A DNA stretch of 64,000 nucleotides, from the NCBI GenBank assembly GCA_963845535.1, contig CAWJSK010000018.1:64001-128000 (forward strand), in the 5' to 3' direction. The stretch is from an uncultured Spirochaetota bacterium (GTDB taxonomy: Bacteria > Spirochaetota > Spirochaetia > SZUA-6 > Fen-1364). Shown piece by piece: positions 37,185 through 47,866 of the stretch (position 1 is its first letter; every line of letters starts with the position of its first letter). The translations under genes and the position numbers were made by a program. Below the pieces are notes generated by a model. It saw only the letters and a list, made by a program, of their open reading frames with translations, was not told the DNA's origin and ran no database searches.

Positions 37185-38579
37185 CTACTTCCAGGCGCCT
37201 CCGCGGGCCGCGCGCTTGAGGAACTGACCGCGCCCCGGGGTGCCGAGGAACTTGTCCCCGTCCACGATCACCTCTCCGCGGGACATCACCATGCGCGCGT
37301 TGCCCCTCACCGGGAACCCCTCGAACATCGAGTAGTCCACCTTCATGTGATGGGTCGCCGCGCTGATGGTGTAGGGAGCCTCGGGGTCCCAGATCACGAG
37401 GTCCGCATCACTTCCAACGGCGATCTCCCCTTTGCGCGGGTACATCCCGAAGATCCGGGCCGGCGTGGTTGATGTCAGCTCCACGAAGCGGTTCAGGGAC
37501 AGCTTTCCTTCGTTCACGCCGTGATGGTAGATGAGCTGGAGCCGGTTCTCGATGCCGGGCCCGCCGTTGGGGATCTTGGTGAAGTCATCCTTGCCCAGGA
37601 TCTTCTGGTCCTTGAAGCAGAACGGACAATGGTCGGTGGAGATGACTTGCAGATGGTCGTGCTTCAGGCCTTCCCACAGCTTGGCCTGGTGCTCCTTGGG
37701 CCGAAGGGGCGGAGTGAAGACGTACTTGGCACCCTCGAAGTTCGGCCGCGCCAGCTCGTCCTGGGAGAGCAGAAGGTATTGCGGGCAGGTCTCGGCAAAT
37801 GCAGGAACTCCGCGATCACGCGCTTCACGCACTTCGTTCAGCGCGTCCTCCGAGGAAAGGTGGACGATGTAGACCGGCACCTGCGCGATCTCCGCCATGG
37901 CGATTGCGCGGTGCACCGCCTCTGCCTCCGCGCCGGGCGGGCGGGTGAGCGCGTGGTAGATGGGGGCCGTCTTCCCTTCCGCAATGGCGCGCGCCACGAT
38001 CACGTCGATCACGCTCCCGTTCTCCGCGTGCATGCAGATGAGCGCCCCGTTCTTCGAGGTCTGGGAAAGCGCCTTGAAGATGGTTGCGTCATCCACCATC
38101 AGGACGTTGGGGTAGGCCATGAAGAGCTTGAAGCTTGCCACCCCTTCGCGGACCATGTCATCCATGTCCTCCAGGCCGGCGTTGCCCAGGTCAGTGATGA
38201 TCATGTGGAGGCCATAGTCGATGCACGCCCGGCCCTCAGCCTTTTTCCACCATGTATCCAGCGCCTGGCGCATGCGCGTGCCGCGGGCCTGGATGGCAAA
38301 ATCCACGATTGAGGTGGTCCCGCCAAACGCGGCGGCCCGGGTCCCTGACTCGAAGTCATCCGCTGACGTGGTGCCGCCGAACGGCATGTCCAGATGGGTA
38401 TGGGCGTCGATTCCGCCGGGGATCACGTAGTACCCAGCGGCCTCAATCACGCGGGAGGCCGACTTTTCCGGGATTCCGGCGCGGACCTCTTTGATACGAT
38501 CTCCTTCGACAAGGATGTCGGCGCTCACCGTGTCCCGCGCCGTCACGACAGTTCCATTCCGAATCAACGTTGTTGCCAT
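37185..38579 (-). CDS. hydA: Dihydropyrimidinase
   Basis: PGGIDAHTH, SFKLFMAY, HAENG, STDHCPF, IPNGGPG. Confidence 0.95.
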   Translation of the reverse strand: MATTLIRNGTVVTARDTVSADILVEGDRIKEVRAGIPEKSASRVIEAAGYYVIPGGIDAHTHLDMPFGGTTSADDFESGTRAAAFGGTTSIVDFAIQARGTRMRQALDTWWKKAEGRACIDYGLHMIITDLGNAGLEDMDDMVREGVASFKLFMAYPNVLMVDDATIFKALSQTSKNGALICMHAENGSVIDVIVARAIAEGKTAPIYHALTRPPGAEAEAVHRAIAMAEIAQVPVYIVHLSSEDALNEVREARDRGVPAFAETCPQYLLLSQDELARPNFEGAKYVFTPPLRPKEHQAKLWEGLKHDHLQVISTDHCPFCFKDQKILGKDDFTKIPNGGPGIENRLQLIYHHGVNEGKLSLNRFVELTSTTPARIFGMYPRKGEIAVGSDADLVIWDPEAPYTISAATHHMKVDYSMFEGFPVRGNARMVMSRGEVIVDGDKFLGTPGRGQFLKRAARGGAWK

Positions 38580-38589
38580 TCCTGCTCCC

Positions 38590-39966
38590 TCACGCGTCTC
38601 CCGGCTTCGCGTACACCCGCCCGGCGTCTCTCATAGCCTGGCTTTCCTTGGGCTTGCCCGTGGGAACCTCTTCCATGGTAATGCACCCGTCAACCGGACA
38701 CACGAGGGAGCAGAGGTTGCACCCCACGCATTCCTCCTCATCCACCACGGGGACTCGAAGCCCGTTGCCGTTCCCGTCTCCGCCCGCGGCGCGCGCTGCG
38801 TCCAGCTTCGCGATCGGCGTAAGGGCAATCCGCTGCCTGCTTGCCGCCTGGCGCGCGGCCGGGGTCTCCCGGCTGCCGTCATGATGGATGCACTGGTGCG
38901 CGCCGTCCCAGCAGGCCACATAGCACAGGTCGCAGCCAATGCACTTTGTCGGGTTGATGCGTGCCACGATCTTGTAGTTCAGGTCCAGGTGCTTCCATTC
39001 CGTCATCTTCGCAAGCGTGAGCCCGCGGAAATCATCAAGCGTCCGGTACCCCTTCTGGTCCATCCAGTGTGACAGGCCGTCAGCCATGTCCTCCACGATC
39101 CGATATCCGTAGTGCATGACCGCGGTGCAGACCTGCACGGTTCCGCAGCCCATGAGGATGAACTCCGCGGCCTCGCGCCATCCCGCAATCCCGCCAATTC
39201 CTGAGATCGGGATGCCCACGTCCGGGTCCGAGGCGATCTGCTGGACGAGGTGCAGCGCGATGGGCTTGACGGCCGGACCGCAGTAGCCGCCGTGGGCGGA
39301 GAAGCCGCCGACGTTGGGACGCGGCGTGAGGGTGTCCAGGTCGATCCCCGTGATCGAGTTGATCGTGTTGATTGCAGAAAGGGCGTCCGCGCCGCCTTTC
39401 TTTGCCGCCCGGGCAACGGTGCGGATGTCCGAGATATTCGGGGTGAGCTTGATCATGACGGGAGTGCGGGCGGCTTCCTTCACCCACTCAGTGATCATGC
39501 AGGAATACTCCGGCACTTGTCCGACAGCGGAGCCCATGCCGCGCTCGCTCATGCCGTGGGGACAGCCGAAGTTCAGCTCCAGGCCGTCAGCCCCCGCGTC
39601 CTCCGCGCGCTTTACAATGTCGTGCCAGACCTCCCTCTTCGACTCCACCATGAGGGAAGCGATCACCGTGTTCCTGGGGTAGCGCTTTTTCACCTCCGCC
39701 ATCTCACGAAGGTTGTCCTCAATGGGCCGGTCGGAGATCAGCTCGATGTTGTTCAGCCCCATCATGCGCTGCCCGTTCCAATCCACCGAGGAGTAGCGCG
39801 AGGCGGTGTTCACGATGGGCTCCCCGATGGTTTTCCATACCGCGCCGCCCCAGCCGGCGTCGAACGCCCGCTGGATCTGCTCTCCGCTGTTTGTCGGAGG
39901 AGCGGATGCAAGCCAGAACGGGTTGGGAGTGCGGATGCCCATGAACCGTGTCGATAGCTCTGCCAT
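38590..39966 (-). CDS. preA: Dihydropyrimidine dehydrogenase subunit PreA
   Basis: NPFWLASAPPT, ELNFGCPHGMSERGMG, GGYCGPAVKP, two C-terminal 4Fe-4S motifs. Confidence 0.95.
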   Translation of the reverse strand: MAELSTRFMGIRTPNPFWLASAPPTNSGEQIQRAFDAGWGGAVWKTIGEPIVNTASRYSSVDWNGQRMMGLNNIELISDRPIEDNLREMAEVKKRYPRNTVIASLMVESKREVWHDIVKRAEDAGADGLELNFGCPHGMSERGMGSAVGQVPEYSCMITEWVKEAARTPVMIKLTPNISDIRTVARAAKKGGADALSAINTINSITGIDLDTLTPRPNVGGFSAHGGYCGPAVKPIALHLVQQIASDPDVGIPISGIGGIAGWREAAEFILMGCGTVQVCTAVMHYGYRIVEDMADGLSHWMDQKGYRTLDDFRGLTLAKMTEWKHLDLNYKIVARINPTKCIGCDLCYVACWDGAHQCIHHDGSRETPAARQAASRQRIALTPIAKLDAARAAGGDGNGNGLRVPVVDEEECVGCNLCSLVCPVDGCITMEEVPTGKPKESQAMRDAGRVYAKPGDA

Positions 39967-39977
39967 GCCTCACCCCC

Positions 39978-41309
39978 TCATGCCGCTGCAAGCTGCCGGG
40001 CCATGGCCAGCGCTGCCCGCTTGCCGTCCGCCACCGCGTCCACCACTTCCCGCCCGCCGTTCACGCAGTCCCCGCCCGCGAAGTACTTCGGGTTCGCCGT
40101 TCTGCCCGTCGGGCGGTCCACGCTGATTGAGCCGCCGGATATTTCTACGCCCCGTGTGGCCCGAAGGACCTCCATGAGGCGCCCCTGGCCAAGGGCGGGG
40201 ATCACCATGTCGCAGGTGAACTCGAAATCGGACCCGGGGACGGGCGTCGCGTTGCGCCGCCCCGTGGCATCAGGTTTTCCCAGCCGCGTGCGCGTGAACC
40301 TCACGCCCACCGCACGCCCGTCCTTCGACAATATCTCCACGGGCTGTGAGAGCCAATGGAAATACACTCCTTCGAGCCTCGAGTGGTCATATTCGAACGG
40401 GAACGCCGGCATCTCCTCTTCGGTGCGCCGGTAAAAGACGTGCACTTCATCCGCTTCGAGCCTGCGGGCGGCATTGGCGGCGTCCAGCGCGGTGTTGCCT
40501 CCGCCCAGCACGGCCACGACGCTGCCCACGGGAAAATCAGGGTCCGTCTTGTAGCGCTCGATGAAATGCAGCGCGTCGATCACGCCGCGGGCGTCCTCCC
40601 CGGGGATGCCGAGGCGCTGCATTGCTCCGAGCCCCATCCCCAGGAACACGAGTGAAAACGACTGCTCCAGCTCCTCCAGCGTGATATCGGTTCCAACCTC
40701 GGCTTTTCGGAACTCCACCCCGAGCTTTCGGATCAGCTCGACTTCCTTGAGGCTGTCGGAGGGCCGAAGCTTGTACTCGGCGATGCCATACGTGGTCAGG
40801 CCGCCGAGAAGCGGGCGGTTGTCGAAAACGGTCACCGCGTAGCCTTGCCGGCGAAGCTCCGCGGCGCAGGCAAGGGAGGCCGGACCTCCCCCAATGCAGG
40901 CTACTCTTTGCGTGCGGGACGCCGCGGCCATCGGGAGCGACCCGCCGCGCTCGAAGAAGTCCTCCATGGCATGTCGCTGGAGCCGGCCGATCTCGATGGG
41001 CTTCTTGTTGTAACGGTGCATGACGCACGCCCCCTCGCAAAGCACCTCCACGGGGCACACGCGGGCGCAGCTCATTCCGAGCACGTTGGAGTCCAGAATG
41101 GTCCGCGCCGAGCCCTCGACGTTGCCGCTTGCGATCTTCTTGATGAAGCCCGGCACGTCGATGTGCGTTGGACAGGCAGCAGTGCACGGCGCATCGAAGC
41201 AGTTCAGGCACCGGTTGGCCTCTGTCACCGCCGACCGGGGATCAAGGGCGGGATGAAGGTCAGGGAACCGTTCGAGGTTCCTCCGGACGGGAAGCTCGGG
41301 AGATGTCAT
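39978..41309 (-). CDS. preT: Dihydropyrimidine dehydrogenase subunit PreT
   Basis: RCLNCFDAPCTAACPTHID, GGGPAS, GGGNTA, FAGGD; adjacent to preA. Confidence 0.93.
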   Translation of the reverse strand: MTSPELPVRRNLERFPDLHPALDPRSAVTEANRCLNCFDAPCTAACPTHIDVPGFIKKIASGNVEGSARTILDSNVLGMSCARVCPVEVLCEGACVMHRYNKKPIEIGRLQRHAMEDFFERGGSLPMAAASRTQRVACIGGGPASLACAAELRRQGYAVTVFDNRPLLGGLTTYGIAEYKLRPSDSLKEVELIRKLGVEFRKAEVGTDITLEELEQSFSLVFLGMGLGAMQRLGIPGEDARGVIDALHFIERYKTDPDFPVGSVVAVLGGGNTALDAANAARRLEADEVHVFYRRTEEEMPAFPFEYDHSRLEGVYFHWLSQPVEILSKDGRAVGVRFTRTRLGKPDATGRRNATPVPGSDFEFTCDMVIPALGQGRLMEVLRATRGVEISGGSISVDRPTGRTANPKYFAGGDCVNGGREVVDAVADGKRAALAMARQLAAA

Positions 41310-41374
41310 GACGGTGCGCCCTCCACCGGACAATAATACTCACGGCTTGTTCGGATCGGATACGTGAATGCGCG

Positions 41375-43219
41375 CTATTTCCCCGCAACGCTGAGGGCGG
41401 ACTGCACTTTTCCCATGGGGGCGGAGATCTGGGCTCCGGCGATTGCTCCCCGAAGCGCTTCCAGGATCTCGCGCGCAATGGCAATCCCTTCCTCCAGGGC
41501 CGCTTCCTTTGTGTCGCATTTCGCCATGCGGCTGACAACCTCATCCGGCACGGAGACCCCGGGGACTTCGTTCTTCATGAACTCGGCGTTTCGCTGGCTT
41601 GCAAGCGGCCAAATCCCCGCAACGATGGGTATGACCTTTTGCCCCCGCATGCCGTCCAGGAACCGCAGGAGCGAGTCAGCGTCGAACACTGGTTGCGTGA
41701 TGGCGAACTCCGCCCCCGCCTCCATCTTCAGCTTGAAGCGCTCCAGCTCCCGCTCGGGATTGACCGCGTTGGGGTTGAGGCCCACGCCAATGCAGAACTC
41801 CGTTGTGGCCCCCACGGCGTTGCCTCCCAGGTCATACCCGTGGTTCAGCATGCTCATGAGCCGGACCAGGCCAATGGAGTCGATGTTGAAGACGGCGGTT
41901 GCATCCGGGTAGGTGCCCATGTTGGGCGGGTCCCCGGTAACTGCCAGCACGTTTCGGATCCCCAGGGCGTGCGCGCCCAGCAGGTCGGCCTGCAGCGCGA
42001 GCAGGTTCTTGTCCTTGCACGTGTAGTGAGGGATTGTCTCGATGCCGGCTTTCTGCTGAAGGAGCACGGAGGCCATCAGCGCGCTCATCTTGACCTGCGC
42101 GCGCGGGCTGTCAGGGACGTTGATGGCGTTGATACCGGCCTTCTTGAGAACGAGTGCGTTTTCGATGAGCTTGGCGTGCTCGATCCCCTTGGGGGGCACC
42201 AACTCGACGCACGTAACGAACTCTCCCCGGGCAATCCGGGCAGCCCACGCGCTTTTCTTCTCCAGTGCCACCGGCGGTTTGCCGGCTTGGGGAACCACGA
42301 CGCTGATGTGCTCGGACTGTATGCTGGGCTGGAGCGCTCGGATCTCGTTCCTGATCTCCTTGATGTGGGCCGGGGTGGTCCCGCAGCAGCCCCCCACGAT
42401 GCGCACGCCGAACTGGATCATGCGCTTGGCGTACTTTGCCATGTAGGTGGGAGTGGTGGGATATATGTTGCGGCCGTTCACGTTGAGCGGCACCCCCGCG
42501 TTCGGCTGGATGCACAGGGGGCGCGCGGTAACCCTGATCATCTTCTCCGCGGTCTCCAGCATCACCCGCGGGCCTTCCGAGCAATTCAGTCCGATTGCCT
42601 CAGGCCCCAGCTCGTCGATACGCGCGGTGAAAACCTCGGGGTCCGTGCCATACAGGGAGGTGCCTTCGCTGTTGATGGTGAGAGAGGCGACCACGGGCAG
42701 GTCACACCCGCGCCGAGCGCCGCGCACCGCGGCCGCAAGCTCCCGCAGGTCCACGAACGTTTCCAGGATGAGGAGGTCCGCGCCGGCCTGGGCAAGGGCC
42801 CTGACCTGCTTCTCGAAGAGGTCTTCCGCCTCCGCCGCGCTCATGCGGCCCAGCGGTTCGACGTTGACGCCGAGGGGGCCAATGGACCCCGCAACGTGGA
42901 CCGCGTCCTGGCGGCCTGCATCCTCGATTGCCTGCCGGGCCAGCTTCACAGCGCGCTCGTTGATGGAGGCGAACTTCCCTTCGAGTCCGGCGGCGCGCAG
43001 CTTGGGGAGGCCCGCGCCCCAGCTATTGGTGGTGAGCACGTCAACGCCCGCATCCAGGTAATCCCGATGGATGCCGAGAACGAGCTTCGGGTCCGAAAGA
43101 CAGACCTCCTCGAAGCAGCGATTGAGGAACACGCCCTTCTGGTAGAGCATGGTCCCCATTGCCCCGTCGAAGAGAATGGTGGCTTCACCGGAGAGCCGAG
43201 CGCGGAAATCCTTTTTCAC
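41375..43219 (-). CDS. yitJ: Bifunctional homocysteine S-methyltransferase / methylenetetrahydrofolate reductase
   Basis: DGAMGT, GLNCS, GGCCGTTP, then ELVPPKG, VTGDPP, AITQPVFD. Start taken as GTG 43219. Confidence 0.9.
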   Translation of the reverse strand: MKKDFRARLSGEATILFDGAMGTMLYQKGVFLNRCFEEVCLSDPKLVLGIHRDYLDAGVDVLTTNSWGAGLPKLRAAGLEGKFASINERAVKLARQAIEDAGRQDAVHVAGSIGPLGVNVEPLGRMSAAEAEDLFEKQVRALAQAGADLLILETFVDLRELAAAVRGARRGCDLPVVASLTINSEGTSLYGTDPEVFTARIDELGPEAIGLNCSEGPRVMLETAEKMIRVTARPLCIQPNAGVPLNVNGRNIYPTTPTYMAKYAKRMIQFGVRIVGGCCGTTPAHIKEIRNEIRALQPSIQSEHISVVVPQAGKPPVALEKKSAWAARIARGEFVTCVELVPPKGIEHAKLIENALVLKKAGINAINVPDSPRAQVKMSALMASVLLQQKAGIETIPHYTCKDKNLLALQADLLGAHALGIRNVLAVTGDPPNMGTYPDATAVFNIDSIGLVRLMSMLNHGYDLGGNAVGATTEFCIGVGLNPNAVNPERELERFKLKMEAGAEFAITQPVFDADSLLRFLDGMRGQKVIPIVAGIWPLASQRNAEFMKNEVPGVSVPDEVVSRMAKCDTKEAALEEGIAIAREILEALRGAIAGAQISAPMGKVQSALSVAGK

Positions 43220-43241
43220 TCGATGGTTGGGGCCGGCTCCT

Positions 43242-45567
43242 CTATCCAGCGGCTTTCGCGCCAACGGCTTTTGCGTTGGCGGCCGCGTAGCGCTCACGCA
43301 GCTTTCGGGCAGCGGATACGAGCGCCGCGAGGGACGGCTCCACCTCCTTCCACTCCCGGGTCTTCAGACCGCAATCCGGGTTGACCCAGAGTTGCCAGGG
43401 TTGTAGCACGGCCAGCGCCTTCGTGAGAAGCTCTTCCATCTCTTCGGCGGCGGGCACGCGCGGGGAATGGATGTCATAGACGCCCGGCCCGATCTCGTTG
43501 GGGTAGTGGAACGTGGAGAACGAGCCCAGGAGCTCCATGCGGGAGCGGGTGGTTTCGATGGAAAGGACGTCGGCGTCCATCTCCGCGATGGAGGGAAGGA
43601 TGTCGTCGAACTGCGCGTAGCACATGTGGGAGTGAATCTGCGTGGAATCCCTGACGCCGCTTGCGGCAATGCGGAACGAGTCCACGGCCCAGCGCAAGTA
43701 GCTTTTCCACTGGGACCTTCGCAGCGGCAGCCCCTCGCGCAGCGCGGGCTCATCGATCTGGATCACCCGAATCCCCGCCGCTTCAAGGTCCTTCACTTCG
43801 TCCCGCATGGCAAGGGCGATCTGCTTGCATGTCTGCTCCGCCGGCTGGTCGTTCCTCACGAAGCTCCAGCAGAGGATGGTCACGGGACCGGTTAGCATTC
43901 CTTTCACCGGCTTTCGCGTGAGGGACTGCGCGTACTTCGACCAGCGCACCGTCATGGGGGCGGAACGCTCCACGTCTCCGTAGATGATGGGGGGCTTCAC
44001 GCAGCGCGAGCCGTAACTCTGGACCCAACCGTTGGAGGTGAAGGTGAAGCCGGAGAGCATCTCACCGAAGTACTCCACCATGTCGTTGCGCTCGAACTCA
44101 CCGTGCACCAGGACGTCCAGACCCAGCTCCTCCTGAAGTCGCACCGTTCGCTCGATTTCTTTCTCAATGAACTTCTCATAGGAGAGAGTGTCGACCGAAC
44201 CGTCCTTCAGTCCAGCGCGGATGGCCCGCACTTCCTTGGTCTGCGGAAAGGACCCGATGGTCGTCGTGGGGAACGCGGGGAGGGGGATGGCAGACTCCTG
44301 GATTGCGCGCCGCTTGGCAAACGGGCTAGTCCGCTCTTTCATGGAAGGCGTCAGCTTTTCCAACCGATCACGCACGCGGGGGTTCCTGGTCCTGGGAGAT
44401 TGTGAACGGCTTTCCAGGGACCGTCGGTTGTCCTCCAGCTCGGAGGCTACGCTGTCTTTCCCCGTGTTGAGCGCCCGAGCGATGACCGACACCTCATCCA
44501 GCTTCTGCCGGGCAAAGGAAAGCCAGCTCTTGATCTCAGAGTCAAGCTGCGTTTCCAGCGTGAGGTCCTCGGGGCAGTGCAGGAGGGAGCAGGAGGAAGC
44601 AATGATGGTCCGGTCCGGGCCGATTGCGTCCACGCACTTCCGCGCTTCCCGAATGGCCGCCGCGAGGTCCGCCTTCCAGACGTTTCGGCCGTCGATCAGC
44701 CCGAGGGAAAGGACCATTTCCTTGGGCGGCCGCCGCTTGAGTATCTGCTCAAGCTGCGCCGGGCCGCGCACCAGGTCCACGTGCAGCCCTTTCACCGGGA
44801 GCTCCAGCGCCACTTCAAGGTTCTCGGCAAGCTCGCCGAAATACGTGGTCAACATGAGGGAGAGCTTTGCCGCTCCCGAAAGCCGCGCGTACGCGCGCTT
44901 CAGCGCGTCTTTCTGGGCAGGGGAAAGGTCGGTGACGAGAATTGGCTCATCCACCTGGACCCAGGAAGCCCCTCGGGAGGCAAGCTGCCGGAGCACTTCC
45001 TCGTAGACGGGAAGGACCGCGTCAAGGCGCGACAACGGATCAACCGAACCCTCCGTTCCTTTGGCGAGGGAGAGGAAAGTCACAGGGCCCACGATCACCG
45101 GGCGGCCGGCAATGCCGGCCGCTCCCGCTTCCGCGTACTGATCCAGCACCTGCGGCCAGGAAAGCCTGAACTGCTGGTCCGGGGAGATCTCGGGAACGAT
45201 ATAATGGTAGTTCGTGTCGAACCACTTCGTCATTTCAAGGGCAGGGACGTTCCCACGCTGGCTTCCTCGGGCCATCGCAAAATAGCCCAGGAGGGGGTCT
45301 TCCCGGGAAAGCGCTTCATATCGGGCGGGAACGGCGCCGAGCATGACCGCGGCGTCAAGCACGTGGTCATAGAGGGAAAAGTCTCCCTGAAGGGATAAAG
45401 TCCACGCCCGCGCGCTTCTGGAGCGACCAGTGGTTGAGGCGGATCCTCGCCGCTTCCGCAAGGAGCGCTTTCTGGTCGATGCGGGATGACCAGAATTGCT
45501 CGAGGGACTTTTTCAGTTCACGCGCAGCGCCCATGCGCGGGTAGCCGAGAATCGCGGTTCGTATCAT
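43242..45567 (-). CDS. metE: Cobalamin-independent methionine synthase (one frameshift near 45386)
   Basis: ILGYPRMG N-terminus in one frame joins DFSLYDHVLD, MTKWFDTNYHY, TTTIGSFPQT, HSHMCY, WVNPDCGLKTR in the next. Confidence 0.93.
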
Positions 45568-45698
45568 GCCTTTGCCTCTCTCGTCGAAACGGTCTTTTCC
45601 AACAAAATAGGGTTCACCAGGCCAGCGGGCAAGGCAAATCGTCGTGTGGACGGCCGAGGCTTTTGCTATATACACTCTGCGTGCACGAGGAGGAATGC

Positions 45699-46076
45699 AT
45701 GAAGAGGAAACTGATGTTTCTGGTTCTTCTGGGCGCCATTCTTGTCCCGGGCGTTCTCTTTGCTGATCCGGTTGGGATCCACGGCGTCGGGGTAAGCTCC
45801 CAGAAACTTGCCAACGGCAACGTCATGGTCCATTTCACCGTCCGCGTGGACATCACCACAACGCCGCTTGTCTTCAACTACCACTGGGAGCGGTCCGACG
45901 GCGCAAAGTCCGCGGTCAAGATGTGGTCCGTGAAACCCGGCGTAAGCTCCATCCCCGTCACGACAACCTGGGAGATGGGTCCCAACCATCCCGCAGAAGT
46001 CTGGGAGAAGCTTTTCATCAACACGGGAAACACGCACCTGGAGTCCCAACAGATCAAGATCGCCCTTCCCCAGTAG
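45699..46076 (+). CDS. Exported hypothetical beta-sandwich protein
   Basis: GAGGAGG RBS; signal peptide MKRKLMFLVLLGAILVPGVLFA; beta-rich body (FNYHWERSDG). Confidence 0.75.
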   Translation: MKRKLMFLVLLGAILVPGVLFADPVGIHGVGVSSQKLANGNVMVHFTVRVDITTTPLVFNYHWERSDGAKSAVKMWSVKPGVSSIPVTTTWEMGPNHPAEVWEKLFINTGNTHLESQQIKIALPQ

Positions 46077-46092
46077 TGACAGGAGGCCGGGA

Positions 46093-47040
46093 ATGAGATT
46101 TCGAGCTTTGTGTGCTCTTGCAGTGTTCCTGGCTCTGACTCAGGCGCTTTCCGCCGCGCCTGTCACGTTGACCGTCTTCGGCGCCGGCACACTTGCGGCG
46201 CCGTTCAAGAAAATCGATGAGGCCTTCATGCGGCTGCACCCGCAGATCGTCGTGCAGGCCCAGTTCGGCGGCAGCGTCAAGATGGTCAAGCAGGTGACCG
46301 AGCTGCACCAATTGGCGGACGTTGTGGCAGTGGCGGATTACAACGTCATCCCGAAGTATCTTTTCGGCGCAAACGGCACGCCCGTCTACTCCGACTGGTA
46401 TGCCGGTTTTGCCACGAACGCAATCACGTTCGTCTACACGGACCGGAGCAAGTTCGCCTCTGAGCTCACCCCGCAGAACTGGTACAAGGTCCTCTCCCGT
46501 CCGGGGGTTCAGATCGGCCGTTCCAACCCTGACACAGACCCGTCTGGCTATCAGACCGTCCAGATGCTCGCCCTCGCGGAGAAATACTACGGCCAGCCTG
46601 GCCTTGAAGCAGCCATCCTCCACAATGCCCCCACAACGAACATGCGGGACACGGAAACCGAGCTCATTGCAGCCTTGCAGTCCGGGCAGATCGACTACCT
46701 GGCAATCTATCTCTCTGATGCGCGCCAGCACGGCTTTCAGTACCTCGAGCTGTCGCCGGAGATCAACTTGAGCGACGCACGGTTCTCGCCTTCCTACGCG
46801 CAGGCTTCGGTCCAGACGGCCAACGGGTCGCTCTCGGGCAAACCCATCGTCTACGCTGTGACCATCCCGAACAACGCGGTGCACCCGGATGCCGCGCGCA
46901 TGTTCCTTCAGTTCCTTCTCGGTGTGGAAGGACAGAAGGTGATGAAGGCAAGTGGTTTCGGACCAGTGGCGCCGGCCTATGCCAATGACCTGGGCAAGGT
47001 CCCCGCGGAGCTCAAGCCGCTGGTTACTCCCTGGCCCTGA
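46093..47040 (+). CDS. wtpA: Tungstate/molybdate ABC transporter substrate-binding protein (WtpA-like)
   Basis: FGAGTL, GGSV, GRSNPDTDPSGY, RDTETEL, IDYLAIYLSDARQH, PIVYAVTIP. Confidence 0.8.
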   Translation: MRFRALCALAVFLALTQALSAAPVTLTVFGAGTLAAPFKKIDEAFMRLHPQIVVQAQFGGSVKMVKQVTELHQLADVVAVADYNVIPKYLFGANGTPVYSDWYAGFATNAITFVYTDRSKFASELTPQNWYKVLSRPGVQIGRSNPDTDPSGYQTVQMLALAEKYYGQPGLEAAILHNAPTTNMRDTETELIAALQSGQIDYLAIYLSDARQHGFQYLELSPEINLSDARFSPSYAQASVQTANGSLSGKPIVYAVTIPNNAVHPDAARMFLQFLLGVEGQKVMKASGFGPVAPAYANDLGKVPAELKPLVTPWP

Positions 47041-47050
47041 GCCGCGTGAG

Positions 47051-47866
47051 GTGAGTGCCGCCAACCGGGGGCCTTCACGCGGCCTTCTCCTCGTTTTCTG
47101 GCTTGCCGGCGGCGTGCTGCTCGCGTTCATCCTTCTGCCGCTCCTGCAGATGGCCCTGAACCAGACCCCGGCGCGCCTGGAGCTCGTGGCGTCAATGGCG
47201 GACGTTCGGTCCGCCATCGGGTTGAGCCTGGAGGCGGCGCTTTTTACCACCGTCGTGGCCTGCCTGCTGGGCGTGCCGTTGGCATACCTTCTGGCGCGCG
47301 TCCAGTTCCCCGGCAAGGCGATTATCGAGGCGGTGGTTGACCTGCCCCTTGCAATCCCCCACACCGTTGTCGGAATAGCCTTGCTTTTCGTCTTTGGACG
47401 CACGGGGTTGGTGGGTCGGTCAGTGAATGCGCTCACCGGCTACCAGTTCTGGGGGACCTTCGGCGGCATTGTGGTCGCCATGCTGTTCGTGAGCATCACC
47501 TACACGGTGAATGCCGCGCGGGTCGGCTTCGAGTCCGTCAACACCCGCCTGGAGAAGGTGGCGCGCACCCTTGGCGTGGGGCCGTGGGGCGTGTTCGGCC
47601 AGGTGACGCTGCCCCTCGCCCGGCGGGGCATTCTCACCGGACTCACGCTGACCTTCGCGCGCTCCATCAGCGAGTATGGCGCGGTGATCGTCCTGACGTA
47701 TTTCCCCATGACCGCGCCGGTCAAGATCTACGACCTGTTCATGCAGACCGGGCTGGAGGACTCCTCCGCAATGGCGGTATTGTTCCTTGCTGTATCTCTC
47801 ACGCTCTTCATTCTGTTTCGCTATCTCGCCCACGGCCGCCGCTCCACGCGGCAGCGCAGCGGATGA
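47051..47866 (+). CDS. wtpB: Tungstate/molybdate ABC transporter permease
   Basis: DLPLAIPHTVVGIALL, LEKVARTLG, FARSISEYGA. Confidence 0.82.
   Translation: MSAANRGPSRGLLLVFWLAGGVLLAFILLPLLQMALNQTPARLELVASMADVRSAIGLSLEAALFTTVVACLLGVPLAYLLARVQFPGKAIIEAVVDLPLAIPHTVVGIALLFVFGRTGLVGRSVNALTGYQFWGTFGGIVVAMLFVSITYTVNAARVGFESVNTRLEKVARTLGVGPWGVFGQVTLPLARRGILTGLTLTFARSISEYGAVIVLTYFPMTAPVKIYDLFMQTGLEDSSAMAVLFLAVSLTLFILFRYLAHGRRSTRQRSG

Noticed and set aside
43220..43297. Apparent 56-bp overlap of metE and yitJ
   Set aside because: It disappears if yitJ starts at GTG 43219; the longer N-terminus has no homology signal.
45568..45698. SAM or cobalamin riboswitch upstream of metE-yitJ
   Set aside because: The region is only 131 bp, is shared with a divergent gene, and shows no recognisable SAM-I or B12-box core.
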